A stretch of 64,000 nt of DNA from Ignavibacteriales bacterium (lineage in GTDB: Bacteria > Bacteroidota > Ignavibacteria > UBA10030), in the NCBI GenBank assembly GCA_037446575.1, contig JBBIII010000003.1, positions 87,430 to 151,429 of the forward strand, written 5' to 3'. The notes beneath the pieces were generated by a model. That model saw nothing but the letters and a program-made list of their open reading frames with translations, did not search any database and had not been told where the DNA came from. A program made the translations under genes and the position numbers. Below, one piece after another: positions 10,292 through 20,253 of this stretch (its first letter is position 1; each line of letters opens with the position of its first letter).

Positions 10292-11815
10292 TTATTCAGG
10301 TTTCATTTGAGGAAATAAAATTACGTCGCGTATAGAATCTTGATTGGTAAGCAACATTGTTAATCTATCAATTCCTATACCTAATCCTGCAGTTGGAGGC
10401 ATGCCATATTCAAGTGCTCGTAAAAAATCTTCATCCAATACCTGAGCTTCTTCATCGCCGCGTTCAAGCAACTTCATTTGCTCCTCAAATCTTTCTCTCT
10501 GATCTATCGGGTCATTTAACTCAGAAAAAGCATTGCATATTTCTTTTCCATTGACAATCAATTCAAATCTTTCAACAAGTCCCTTTTCCGTTCTATGTTT
10601 TTTCGCTAGCGGCGACATTTCTATGGGATAATCAGTAATAAATGTCGGTTGAATTAAATACGGCTCAACTTTTTCTCCAAATATCTCATCAATAATGCCG
10701 CCTGTTCCAATTTTAGGTCCAATATCGATATTTAATTCTTTTGCTATTGTGCGCAAATCATTTTCATTCTTGTTTCTTAAATCTTTTCCAGTGTATTCCA
10801 TTATAACATCGAACATAGATATCTTTTTCCAAGGGGGTTTAAAATCAATTTCATTTTTGCCAACCGTTACTTTGTAAGACCCATTGATTTTAATCGCCAA
10901 TGTTGATATTAATTCTTCTACTAATCCCATCATCCATTTGTAGTCTTTATACGCAACGTATAGTTCCATCATTGTAAATTCTGGGTTGTGTGTGCGGTCC
11001 ATTCCCTCGTTTCTAAAATCTTTTGATATTTCATATACACCGTCGAATCCTCCTACAATTAAGCGTTTCAAATACAATTCATCTGCAATACGCAAAAATA
11101 ATTTCATCCCAAGCGTATTATGATATGTTATAAATGGACGTGCTGACGCTCCTCCATAGATAGGTTGAAGTACGGGAGTTTCAACCTCAATATAACCCCG
11201 TTCATCTAAAAAATTTCTAATAGTAGTTATTATTCTTGACCTCTTAAAAAATACCTCTCTAACTTCAGTGTTAACGATAAGATCAACATATCGCTGTCTA
11301 TATCGAAGCTCTTTATCAGAAAATGGATCGAATATAATCTTATTGCCATTCTCGTCAATTTTTTCTTTGACTATTGGAAGTGGCCTTAAAGATTTTGCAA
11401 GCAACACTATTGAATTAGCATGAATTGATACTTCTCCCATTTTAGTCCTAAAAACAAACCCATAAACTCCAATAATATCGCCAATATCTAATAATTTAAA
11501 AGATTCATAAAGCTCGCCAAGATCGTCACGCTTTAAATAGACCTGTATTTTACCTTGTATATCTTGTATATGGCAAAATGAAGCTTTACCCATTCTTCGA
11601 ATTGATACAATTCTACCCGCGATAGATACATTTCTTTTAGGCGCATCATCTTTAAAACCATCGATTATTTCTTTAGAATATGCGTCTCTCTCATACTCAT
11701 TAGGATATGGAGCAATTCCATTTTTTTTTAGTTGTTCTAATTCTTCACGTCTTCTTTGCATTAAAACGTTTAAATCCTCGTTCTTATTTTGTTCATCTAC
11801 AGTCAATTCGCTCAT
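10292..11815 (-). CDS. lysS: lysyl-tRNA synthetase, class II
   Basis: 507 aa. Class II motifs and the OB anticodon-binding N-terminal domain. Typical LysRS length. Confidence 0.9.
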   Translation of the reverse strand: MSELTVDEQNKNEDLNVLMQRRREELEQLKKNGIAPYPNEYERDAYSKEIIDGFKDDAPKRNVSIAGRIVSIRRMGKASFCHIQDIQGKIQVYLKRDDLGELYESFKLLDIGDIIGVYGFVFRTKMGEVSIHANSIVLLAKSLRPLPIVKEKIDENGNKIIFDPFSDKELRYRQRYVDLIVNTEVREVFFKRSRIITTIRNFLDERGYIEVETPVLQPIYGGASARPFITYHNTLGMKLFLRIADELYLKRLIVGGFDGVYEISKDFRNEGMDRTHNPEFTMMELYVAYKDYKWMMGLVEELISTLAIKINGSYKVTVGKNEIDFKPPWKKISMFDVIMEYTGKDLRNKNENDLRTIAKELNIDIGPKIGTGGIIDEIFGEKVEPYLIQPTFITDYPIEMSPLAKKHRTEKGLVERFELIVNGKEICNAFSELNDPIDQRERFEEQMKLLERGDEEAQVLDEDFLRALEYGMPPTAGLGIGIDRLTMLLTNQDSIRDVILFPQMKPE

Positions 11816-11833
11816 ATTATTTCCATTTAATAG

Positions 11834-13348
11834 CTATAATAAATTTAGTTTGTCTGCTTTGCATCTGCCATACAGAGCAGTTAATTCATATAATCTGTTA
11901 GCAGGGTCTGGACCTACTTGCTCCCAACTAAATCTCCATTCCCAATTTCCCTCTAAGGTGCTTGGGATGTTCATTCTTGCTTCGCTCCCTAAACCCATAA
12001 TATCTTGAAAGGGAATAATTGATATATCAGCCACCGAATTTGATGCAAGTTTGATTAAATCCCAATTAATTTCATGTCCATTTGTTTTACAATATCTTCT
12101 TACAAAATCTCGTTCATGTTCGGTTGCTTTTTCGTACCATCCACGCGTTGTATCGTTATCGTGCGTTCCCGTATATACAACGCAATTATGAATATAATTA
12201 TGAGGTAAATAAGCATTATCAGCACTACCGGAAAAAGCAAATTGCAGTACTTTCATACCGGGGTAATTAACTTTTTCGCGTAAATTATTTACTTCAGGCG
12301 TTATTATTCCCAAATCTTCCGCAATTATTGGCAAATCTCCAAGTTTTCTATTAACAGATTTAAAGAAATCTACGCCTGGTCCCATTTTCCAATTACCTTT
12401 AATCGCATTGTTTTCATTAGCCGGAATTTCCCAATACGATTCAAAACCTCTAAAATGATCAATTCGAATAATATCAAACAAACTAAATAACCTTTTAAAT
12501 CTTTCATACCACCATTGATATTTTTTTTCCTTTATCGCTTGCCAATTGTATAATGGATTTCCCCATCGTTGTCCGGTTTTGCTAAAATAATCTGGCGGCA
12601 CGCCTGCAACAACTGTCGGATTTCCTGCAGAATCAAGATAGAAAAGTTCTTGATTCTTCCACACATCTGTGCTATGATGAGCAACAAAGATCGGCATATC
12701 GCCAATTAGCTTGATTCCCTTGCTATTTGCATAAGCTTTAAGTCTTTTCCATTGTCGATCAAAAATCCATTGAGCGAATTTTTGTATAAGAATTTGTTCC
12801 GCTAATTCCTTTTCCAATTCAGCTATTACTTTTTGCTTCAACATTTTGACATCGGAATTCCACACTGTCCAATCGATATAAGGATTTTGAATTGTTAGTG
12901 CTTGGAAAAGCGCATAATCATCTAACCAATATTTTTCCTTTTGACAAAATGCATTATAATCGTTTTTTAAATCATCATTTGAATTAGATAGAAAATTTCT
13001 TCCGGCTTTTTCAATTTTATCTAAATAAAATGATGTAACCTTTTTATAATCTATTTGATTTGGTGAAGTATTTGTTGTTAGGATTATATCTTTTTTTTCT
13101 AATAAATCAAGGGCAACTAACTCATTGAGATCAATAAGAAAAGGATTACCAGCAAAAGCAGAAGTAGACATGTATGGAGAATTGCCTACTCCGATGGGTC
13201 CAATTGGAAGCATCTGCCAAAAGGATTGCCCTGCAACAGATAACCAATCAACAAAATGATAAGAAGACGCTCCAAAATTGCCTATTCCAAATTCTCCGGG
13301 AAGTGATGTCGGATGAAGTAGTATTCCGCTCGACCGATTAAATCTCAT
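11834..13348 (-). CDS. malQ: 4-alpha-glucanotransferase (amylomaltase, GH77)
   Basis: 504 aa. N-terminal GILLHPTSLPG...GIG and the catalytic IRIDHFRGF motif. Confidence 0.85.
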   Translation of the reverse strand: MRFNRSSGILLHPTSLPGEFGIGNFGASSYHFVDWLSVAGQSFWQMLPIGPIGVGNSPYMSTSAFAGNPFLIDLNELVALDLLEKKDIILTTNTSPNQIDYKKVTSFYLDKIEKAGRNFLSNSNDDLKNDYNAFCQKEKYWLDDYALFQALTIQNPYIDWTVWNSDVKMLKQKVIAELEKELAEQILIQKFAQWIFDRQWKRLKAYANSKGIKLIGDMPIFVAHHSTDVWKNQELFYLDSAGNPTVVAGVPPDYFSKTGQRWGNPLYNWQAIKEKKYQWWYERFKRLFSLFDIIRIDHFRGFESYWEIPANENNAIKGNWKMGPGVDFFKSVNRKLGDLPIIAEDLGIITPEVNNLREKVNYPGMKVLQFAFSGSADNAYLPHNYIHNCVVYTGTHDNDTTRGWYEKATEHERDFVRRYCKTNGHEINWDLIKLASNSVADISIIPFQDIMGLGSEARMNIPSTLEGNWEWRFSWEQVGPDPANRLYELTALYGRCKADKLNLL

Positions 13349-14111
13349 GTAATTTCTCTTCTTTATCCAGACCTGTTAATCTCATTAAATGATTTATTTC
13401 CTGTCTTGTCAAGAAGCGCCAACTCCCTCGAGGTACGCCTAAAGGCGTTAATCCTGCAAACAAGACTCTATCGAGCTGGCGAACATCGAATCCAATTGAT
13501 TCAAATATTCTTCTGACTTCTCTATTCTTTCCCTCATAAATAGTCAACAAAACCTTTTTTCCTTTAGAACCTTTAATTGGTTCTACTGATTGAACATTTG
13601 CAATACCATCTTCAAGTTTAATGCCCTTGCGAATTCTTTTTAATTCTTCGCTCTTAATTTGTCGGTCAAGCGTTACACGATACATTTTTTCTATTTCATA
13701 TTTTGGATGTATAAGAGCATTAGCAAGCTCTCCATCATTTGTAAAGAGCAATACTCCGGTTGTGTTTCTATCCAACCTGCCAATCGGAAATACTCTTTTT
13801 TTAATTTTCACGTACTTCATTACTGTATCACGACCTTTTTCATCGTTCATAGTCGTAATAGTATCTTTAGGTTTGTTGAAAAGTATATAAATTTTCTTTT
13901 CTTCAACATTCACTATTCTGTTGCTCACTGTTACAGTATCTTTTTCTAATCGAACTTGCGCGCCCAATTCTGTAATAGTTTTGCCGTTAATTTTGACAAC
14001 GCCTGATAGAATCAATTCGTCGTTTTTTCTACGCGATCCTACGCCCGCCATTGCTAAATAACGATTTAGACGAATAGTTTCTTTATGAAGCGGCTTATTT
14101 TTTCTTTCCAT
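13338..14111 (-). CDS. rluB: 23S rRNA pseudouridine synthase (RsuA/RluB family) with S4 domain
   Basis: S4 RNA-binding N-terminus (RLNRYLAMAGVGSRR) and the catalytic FPIGRLDRNTTGVLLFTNDG motif. The stop overlaps the malQ start. Confidence 0.8.
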   Translation of the reverse strand: MERKNKPLHKETIRLNRYLAMAGVGSRRKNDELILSGVVKINGKTITELGAQVRLEKDTVTVSNRIVNVEEKKIYILFNKPKDTITTMNDEKGRDTVMKYVKIKKRVFPIGRLDRNTTGVLLFTNDGELANALIHPKYEIEKMYRVTLDRQIKSEELKRIRKGIKLEDGIANVQSVEPIKGSKGKKVLLTIYEGKNREVRRIFESIGFDVRQLDRVLFAGLTPLGVPRGSWRFLTRQEINHLMRLTGLDKEEKLHEI

Positions 14112-15220
14112 GCTTGCCAGCGATTTGGATGTTTAGAATCTAATTTTTTTGACGTATCGAATTGAGAATTTTCTATATTTTCTGTAGAAGAATTAATTAT
14201 TTCTACTTCTTTATTCGGTAGTTCATTCGCAGTTCTTTCTACGTTTTCTGATTTTTCAACGAGGCCGGCTTTCTCGTTATTTGCAGATTGACTTGTTTCT
14301 ACTCCAATTTCACTCGGGATATCTTGCTCGGCAGTTCTAATATCTAATCCGTCAGTACCTGTTACCTCAAGCTCAGATTTTTCGACTTCATGATTGAATT
14401 TAATTTTTTCTTGTCCGGCTTGTTCGATTAATTTTTGTTCTTCGCTTGGCAAGATTTTAATTTGCCTTATTTTTTTAATCTGGTGTAGTTCAACTTCTTT
14501 TTGTTCTAATTCAGATTTTTTCTTTGGAATATGCGGTAACCTCGATTTGAAATTTTCTTCTTCTTTTTGAAGTTTTTCGGCCGCAGTTTGGGCTTCGAGC
14601 ATCCTTCTTTCTATTTCGTATTGGCTTTCGCCAAGAATTTCTTCAATTTCTCTTGGCTTAGGTAAATCTGTTATAGTATTCAATCCGAAATGTTTCAAGA
14701 ATTCTTTAGTTGTCCCATACAACAACGGACGGCCTACGCTTTCAGCTCTGCCTGTTACTGTAATTAATTCTTTTTCTAATAAAGTCTTTAATACATAATC
14801 ACAATTAACACCACGGATGTTTTCTACTTCCGTTTTTGTAACGGGCTGTTTATACGCAATAATAGCGAGCGTTTCTATGCCAGATTGAGATAGTTTTCGC
14901 CTGCTTTGTTCTTTGAATAATTTGCCAAGCCATTCTGCATAAATTGAAAGAGTTGCAAATTGATAGCCGCCTGCAATCTCTATAATTCTATAAGGTTTTT
15001 CTGATTTTTCATAACTTTTATTTAAGTTAGAAATAATTTGCTTTATTTCTTCAAGCTCGATATGACGAGTAGAATTGTTGTGATTATCTGCTTGATATAT
15101 TGACTTAATTTGATTTAAAGAAAGCGGTTCCTTGGCTGCAAAAATTAATGCTTCTATCAACGCATTTAATGTTGACGGAATTTTCAGTTCAACTTTTTCG
15201 ACTTTTACTTCTTCTTGCAT
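14066..15220 (-). CDS. scpB: segregation and condensation protein B with long C-terminal extension
   Basis: The N-terminal ~190 aa are ScpB winged-helix domains (LIEALIFAAKEPLSL...GGYQFAT...RGVNCDYVLKTLLEKELI). An additional ~190 aa E/K-rich low-complexity tail follows. Confidence 0.75.
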   Translation of the reverse strand: MQEEVKVEKVELKIPSTLNALIEALIFAAKEPLSLNQIKSIYQADNHNNSTRHIELEEIKQIISNLNKSYEKSEKPYRIIEIAGGYQFATLSIYAEWLGKLFKEQSRRKLSQSGIETLAIIAYKQPVTKTEVENIRGVNCDYVLKTLLEKELITVTGRAESVGRPLLYGTTKEFLKHFGLNTITDLPKPREIEEILGESQYEIERRMLEAQTAAEKLQKEEENFKSRLPHIPKKKSELEQKEVELHQIKKIRQIKILPSEEQKLIEQAGQEKIKFNHEVEKSELEVTGTDGLDIRTAEQDIPSEIGVETSQSANNEKAGLVEKSENVERTANELPNKEVEIINSSTENIENSQFDTSKKLDSKHPNRWQAWKEKISRFIKKLFV

Positions 15221-15939
15221 TAGTTGACTCTTCGCATAATTGATAGTTCGCCAAAAGGTTTAATTTGTCTGATAATTAATTTTTTTGCTCTAATTACTTC
15301 CAATAAAGCAAGAAATGTTACAACCATACGAATCTTTTCAGTAAAGTCTTTTATCAAATCAAAAAAAGTCGCTTCTGAACGTTTCGAAAAGAAATCTTCT
15401 ATATATAAAATTTGTTCTTCTATTGTTACATTAATTTTTTCAATTTCATGGAAGAATTTTTTAGGCATTCGTTCCATTGCATATTTAAACGACGCAATTA
15501 AATCAAAAAATGTTACGTCTCTAATAATATCTCCACCTGTTTCATCTTCGATAACATGTTCATCAGCAGAATTATATCCACGATAAAATACTTTCATCTG
15601 CTGTTCTTCATAATTTTTCATTTGCAAAGACATTTCTTTAAATCTTTTGTATTCGACCAATCGTTGAACTAAATTTGCTCTTGGATCTACTTCTTCTTGT
15701 TCGCCTGGTTCGGGTGGCAAAAGCATCTTCACCTTAATTTGCATTAGCTCTGCCGCCATTACTAAAAATTCGCCCGCTATTTCTAAGTCGAGCTGTTGCA
15801 AAAAATGCAAATAGTCTAAAAATTCTTTAGTAATTCGAGCTATTGGAATATCATAAATATCTAACTCATCGCGTTTGATAAAGAAGAGCAATAAGTCTAA
15901 TGGACCTTCAAAATCGTGCAATTTGATTGTGTACATCAA
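15220..15939 (-). CDS. scpA: segregation and condensation protein A
   Basis: 239 aa. ScpA family N-terminus (FEGPLDLLLFFIKRDELDIYDIPIARIT). Abuts scpB and trpS. Confidence 0.8.
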   Translation of the reverse strand: MMYTIKLHDFEGPLDLLLFFIKRDELDIYDIPIARITKEFLDYLHFLQQLDLEIAGEFLVMAAELMQIKVKMLLPPEPGEQEEVDPRANLVQRLVEYKRFKEMSLQMKNYEEQQMKVFYRGYNSADEHVIEDETGGDIIRDVTFFDLIASFKYAMERMPKKFFHEIEKINVTIEEQILYIEDFFSKRSEATFFDLIKDFTEKIRMVVTFLALLEVIRAKKLIIRQIKPFGELSIMRRVN

Positions 15940-16923
15940 TTAACCCATTCTCATTGCGTTATGAACTTCCGCTATAGTTTTTTTTGCAACCTCTTTAGCT
16001 CTATTTTCCCCATCAGCTAAAATATCTTTGACTTCATTAATATTAGATTCATAATAAGCTCGTTTTTCGCGATTGGGAGTTAAAGTCTCTGCAATTTTCT
16101 TAGCGCATCGCATTTTACAATCTACACATCCCAATGCTCCACTTTCGCAATTAGATTTAATTTCAGGTGTTTCGTCAAAATTAAATTTTTTATGATATTC
16201 AAATACTAAGCAAATATCCGGATGCCCTGCGTCTCCTTTGCGCAATTTCTGCGGATCTGTAACCGCCGAACGTAATTTTTTATTTATTGCATCGACAGAA
16301 TCGGAAAGCAAAATTGTATTTCCCACCGATTTGCTCATACGTTTGCCATCTAATCCGGGCAGGCGGGCAAACTTTGTAATTTTGCCTTCTGGCTCGGGGA
16401 ATACTACTGCATATAGTGTATTAAATTTTCTCGCTATTTCCCTTGTTATTTCAATATGAGGAAGTTGGTCTTCTCCAACAGGGACAACATCGCCTTTATA
16501 TAGTAATATATCCGCCGCTTGCAACACAGGATATCCCAAATGACCATATACTAAACTTTCCATTTCAAGATCACGTACCTGCTCTTTTAAAGTCGGGTTT
16601 CTTTCTAAGCGAGACGTAGTTATCAACATTGAAAAGATTAGATGCAACTCCGCGTGTTCCTTTATTTGTGATTGTCTAAACATAGGGCTTTTTACTGGAT
16701 CGAGTCCGGCTGAAAGCCAATCTATTAGCATATCTATCGTATTTGTATATATTTCAGAAGTATCCGGATTTGTTGTAAGCGCATGATAGTCAGCAATCAG
16801 ATGATAATTTTGATATTCTCCCTGCATTGCTACCCAGTTATCCAATGCGCCTGTCAAGTGGCCTAAATGTAATTTTCCTGTAGGCCTCATTCCGCTTAAT
16901 ATTATTTTCTTTTTATTTATCAA
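15940..16923 (-). CDS. trpS: tryptophanyl-tRNA synthetase
   Basis: Class I HIGH motif (TGKLHLGHLTG) and KMSKS. Confidence 0.9.
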   Translation of the reverse strand: MINKKKIILSGMRPTGKLHLGHLTGALDNWVAMQGEYQNYHLIADYHALTTNPDTSEIYTNTIDMLIDWLSAGLDPVKSPMFRQSQIKEHAELHLIFSMLITTSRLERNPTLKEQVRDLEMESLVYGHLGYPVLQAADILLYKGDVVPVGEDQLPHIEITREIARKFNTLYAVVFPEPEGKITKFARLPGLDGKRMSKSVGNTILLSDSVDAINKKLRSAVTDPQKLRKGDAGHPDICLVFEYHKKFNFDETPEIKSNCESGALGCVDCKMRCAKKIAETLTPNREKRAYYESNINEVKDILADGENRAKEVAKKTIAEVHNAMRMG

Positions 16924-16946
16924 TTTTATATTAACTCTTTATAATT

Positions 16947-18134
16947 TTATTTGATATTTTTTTTATATGTTTTTTTCCAATCTACAAACATATCAAGAAC
17001 TTTTTGAGGAGCATAGTTATACCACATATATCCCGTACGTCTTTCTTTTTCAACTTCTTTATGAGAATATACTGATACACCATCTCTATTTGCAAATAAT
17101 GGTTTATTTGTATTTAACTCATAAAATCTTGCCCAAATTGGCGGCGCTTCAATATCCTCTACAATAATTCGATCATAATTAGCATTGTGATATAAAAATT
17201 TTTCTTCCTGTGCATTTACTTTTATATATTTTATACCAAATAATCTAGATTTTTCGAACCATCTAACTGCCGATTGAATTGAATTGATTATTTCCTCGCT
17301 TTGCAAGTTGCATTCCATAAGAAAAAGCACAATTTCAGCGCTCTCTTGGCTACATTTGCTTGCCAGCTCATATGTGCGTGCTTTTCTTGGCTGAAAATTC
17401 TTTTCATCATGCTGCTGGCACCAAACCGTTAATTCGTTATTCTCTTTTATCTGGCAATTCAATATGCACTTAACTCCTTTTTCGTATGCTATGGCTACTT
17501 TTTTTCTTCTGGCTCTATCGACAAATGAATAATGGCTCTTTTCCTCGCTAATATTTTTGAGTACTTTCATTATTCCAATCATTGCGCCATCATTAAAAGT
17601 AATATATCGATGATAACTAGTACGAATTGGATAAAATTGCGGCCAACCTCCATTTTTATATTGGGCAGATAATATGAAGTCTATCCCTTTTAGGCATGCA
17701 TTTTTATATTTTCTATCTTTTGTTAGCGAATATGCTTTTGCAAGATATTCGACATGTGAATGTGTTGCTCCGTTATCAAAAGTTGTGTTTTGGTCATTCT
17801 TGGAATTTAAAACTTTTTCGTGTTGTTCATTTGTCAAGATCGCTAACATATCATAGTTTTTGGGCCAACCGCCATTATTTTTTTGAAACAAAACAATATT
17901 GTCTGCTATTTTTTTTACCTCGCTATGTTGATATCGCTTTTGATTAGGCAGTGGATTAATAGTTCTAACTTCGTCAAAAATATCATACCAGTGATGCGAA
18001 CTATCCCAAAATTCTGAAACGCTTATTACGGTATCGAGAGAATCACTACCTATTGCATTATTGTTTGAATAGCTTGAAAATACAAATGAAACAAATATAA
18101 ATGTTAAACAAAATATTTTTACTTTAAATAACAT
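16947..18134 (-). CDS. secreted alpha/alpha-toroid repeat protein, possibly PL10 pectate-lyase-like
   Basis: Signal peptide. Two Q-x2-NGGWP motifs about 70 aa apart (QKNNGGWPKNYD and QYKNGGWPQFYP). The PL10/PelA assignment is from memory of family motifs. Confidence 0.4.
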   Translation of the reverse strand: MLFKVKIFCLTFIFVSFVFSSYSNNNAIGSDSLDTVISVSEFWDSSHHWYDIFDEVRTINPLPNQKRYQHSEVKKIADNIVLFQKNNGGWPKNYDMLAILTNEQHEKVLNSKNDQNTTFDNGATHSHVEYLAKAYSLTKDRKYKNACLKGIDFILSAQYKNGGWPQFYPIRTSYHRYITFNDGAMIGIMKVLKNISEEKSHYSFVDRARRKKVAIAYEKGVKCILNCQIKENNELTVWCQQHDEKNFQPRKARTYELASKCSQESAEIVLFLMECNLQSEEIINSIQSAVRWFEKSRLFGIKYIKVNAQEEKFLYHNANYDRIIVEDIEAPPIWARFYELNTNKPLFANRDGVSVYSHKEVEKERRTGYMWYNYAPQKVLDMFVDWKKTYKKNIK

Positions 18135-18186
18135 AATTAAATTTTGATGTTAATTTGTAATCGGGTTACGGTCACTAGTTAGCATT

Positions 18187-18678
18187 TCAATTCATAAATA
18201 AATATGGTTTCCAATTTTCATCCACAATACCTACAAAATGCCTAATAAACATAACATGGTTGGGACGAATTGGTTTGCGGAGTAGTTTCATATGCGCATC
18301 ATGAGGAGTTCTATCCCCTTTTTTGTTATTACAATGAACACAAGCCGCTACAAGGTTATCCCACGATTCGGCGCCGCCTTTGGCTTTTGGAATAACATGG
18401 TCCACAGTTAAATTTGTCTCTGTTTTACCGCAATATTGACACTGATGCCCATCGCGACGCAAAACATTTTTTCGCGAAAGTATAATTTTTTTATAGGGAA
18501 CTCGAACGAAGATAGAAAGTCTTACAATGCTTGGGTATGGCATTGTAGTAGATACCGAACGAATTATTTTTCCATCACATGCTGCAATCAACTCTGCTTT
18601 GCCTAAATAAAGAAGAATAATAGCTTTTTTTACATTACAAATGCTTAATGGCTCATAATCGTGGTTGAGCACAAGCAC
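18187..18678 (-). CDS. HNH endonuclease family protein
   Basis: 163 aa. HNH motif HQCQYCGKTETNLTVDHVIPKAKGG...WDNLVAACVHCNNKKGDR. GTG start. Confidence 0.75.
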   Translation of the reverse strand: MLVLNHDYEPLSICNVKKAIILLYLGKAELIAACDGKIIRSVSTTMPYPSIVRLSIFVRVPYKKIILSRKNVLRRDGHQCQYCGKTETNLTVDHVIPKAKGGAESWDNLVAACVHCNNKKGDRTPHDAHMKLLRKPIRPNHVMFIRHFVGIVDENWKPYLFMN

Positions 18679-18862
18679 TTTTCGGCTTAATTTAGTTTTT
18701 TCACCGATGTGTTCATAATATTTACTGAAGACTTACGCACCTCCTTTTATTAATTTTAAGCTCTTAGCTTACAATTTCCTTGAGGTATTTCGTTTTATTC
18801 ATTGAAAATATAGTATTTTCCATAGCCATAGTCAAGCCATTGAAAAACGATGATATTGATAT

Positions 18863-20044
18863 TTAGTTAAAATTTAATTTCATAGCTTTTTTTATTGCCT
18901 GTAGAGAATCGCCACCAAACTTGTCAACAAGAGCATTGGCTAATACAGGAGCTATAACAGCTTCTCCAATAACAGATGCCGCAGGAACCGCGCATACATC
19001 CGAGCGTTCGTATCGTGATTTCACAATTTTCATTGTTGATAAATCAATTGATTGAAGAGGGCGTGCGAGTGTAGATATTGGTTTCATTGCGGCGTGAAGA
19101 ACAATTACCTCGCCGTTAGTTACTCCTCCTTCGATTCCGCCAGCTCTATTTGTTTTGCGCATTACTTGCTTATCTTTTATGTAAAATTCATCATGAACTT
19201 CCGAGCCGAATTTTGTTGCGTTTTTATAACCACTCCCTATCTCTACTCCTTTGATCGCTTGGATTGACATTAATGCTTGAGCAAGTTGTCCATCTAACCT
19301 CTTATCAAAATGAACATAACTTCCGAGTCCGATTGGAACGCCTGTAACAAATATTTCAAAAACTCCTCCTAATGTATCCCCTTTTTTCTTGGCTTTCTTG
19401 ATTTCATTTATCGCATTTTCTGAGATTGTCTTTTCTAACATTCTAACTTCAGATTTGTCAGCTTCATCAGAAATTATTTGTGCTGTGTTTTTTGATTTCT
19501 TCATCAAAACTGAAATTTTGGAATTGAGTTTTACTTGATCCTTTATAATAACTGAACCAATACTCAATACATGACTGCCTATAAATATTCCACATTCCTC
19601 TAGAAATTTTTTAGCAACAGAACATAGCGCTATTCTAATAGCAGTTTCTCTTGCGCTCGATCTGTCTATAACATTTCGCAGATCATCGAACCTATATTTT
19701 ACAGCTCCAACATAATCAGCATGACCAGGACGCGGTACCGTAATCTTTTCTATGCCTTTGCCATCTCCTTCAATAGACATTATATCCGTCCAATTTTCCC
19801 AATCCTTATTCTGAATAAGAATCGAAATGGGCGAACCTATTGTCTTTCCAAATCGAACACCAGAAATAATTTCAACTCTATCTGTTTCAATTTTCATCCT
19901 TCCACCGCGACCGTAACCTTGCTGTCTTCTTTTAAGTTGCTGATTAATATATTCAGACGATATCTGAAGACCAGCCGGTATGCCTTCGATAATGCCAACC
20001 AATGCTTTTCCATGGGATTCACCTGCTGTAAGATAGCGTATCAT
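18863..20044 (-). CDS. aroC: chorismate synthase
   Basis: MIRYLTAGESHGKALVGIIEGIPAGL...GGRMKIE. Canonical AroC N-terminus and length. Confidence 0.9.
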   Translation of the reverse strand: MIRYLTAGESHGKALVGIIEGIPAGLQISSEYINQQLKRRQQGYGRGGRMKIETDRVEIISGVRFGKTIGSPISILIQNKDWENWTDIMSIEGDGKGIEKITVPRPGHADYVGAVKYRFDDLRNVIDRSSARETAIRIALCSVAKKFLEECGIFIGSHVLSIGSVIIKDQVKLNSKISVLMKKSKNTAQIISDEADKSEVRMLEKTISENAINEIKKAKKKGDTLGGVFEIFVTGVPIGLGSYVHFDKRLDGQLAQALMSIQAIKGVEIGSGYKNATKFGSEVHDEFYIKDKQVMRKTNRAGGIEGGVTNGEVIVLHAAMKPISTLARPLQSIDLSTMKIVKSRYERSDVCAVPAASVIGEAVIAPVLANALVDKFGGDSLQAIKKAMKLNFN

Positions 20045-20186
20045 ATTATTTCCTTTACAAACTACTTTCTTGAAGATTGATTAATATACTCGAGTAAATT
20101 AAACATTTTTTTTAAGGAGATTCAATGTTATTACGATAATTTAATAAGTAATTTAGGTTTTATTTTTAATATTATGAATTATAGAC

Positions 20187-20219
20187 AAAAAAAAGCGCGG
20201 TTTTACAAATATACCGCGC
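20187..20219 (-). terminator. rho-independent terminator downstream of htrA
   Basis: In minus-strand orientation: GCGCGGU, an 11 nt loop, ACCGCGC, then a run of eight U. The plus strand reads AAAAAAAAGCGCGGTtttacaaatatACCGCGC. Confidence 0.6.
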
Positions 20220-20253
20220 ATTTGTTGCAAGACTTTATATTATAGATTATATG

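Noticed and set aside
15224-15586. 120 aa plus-strand ORF
   Set aside because: It lies entirely antisense within scpA and is a shadow ORF in AT-rich DNA. The same applies to 20402..20893 and 21419..21859 (antisense to htrA), 30077..30457 (prmC), 54263..54646 (sucD), 42869..43246 (prs) and 63000..63392 (smpB/tyrS).
18679-18862. Mini-ORF MNTSVKN with a strong Shine-Dalgarno upstream of the HNH gene as a regulatory leader peptide
   Set aside because: The ORF is too short and there is no obvious attenuator structure. It is mentioned in a finding but not called as a feature.
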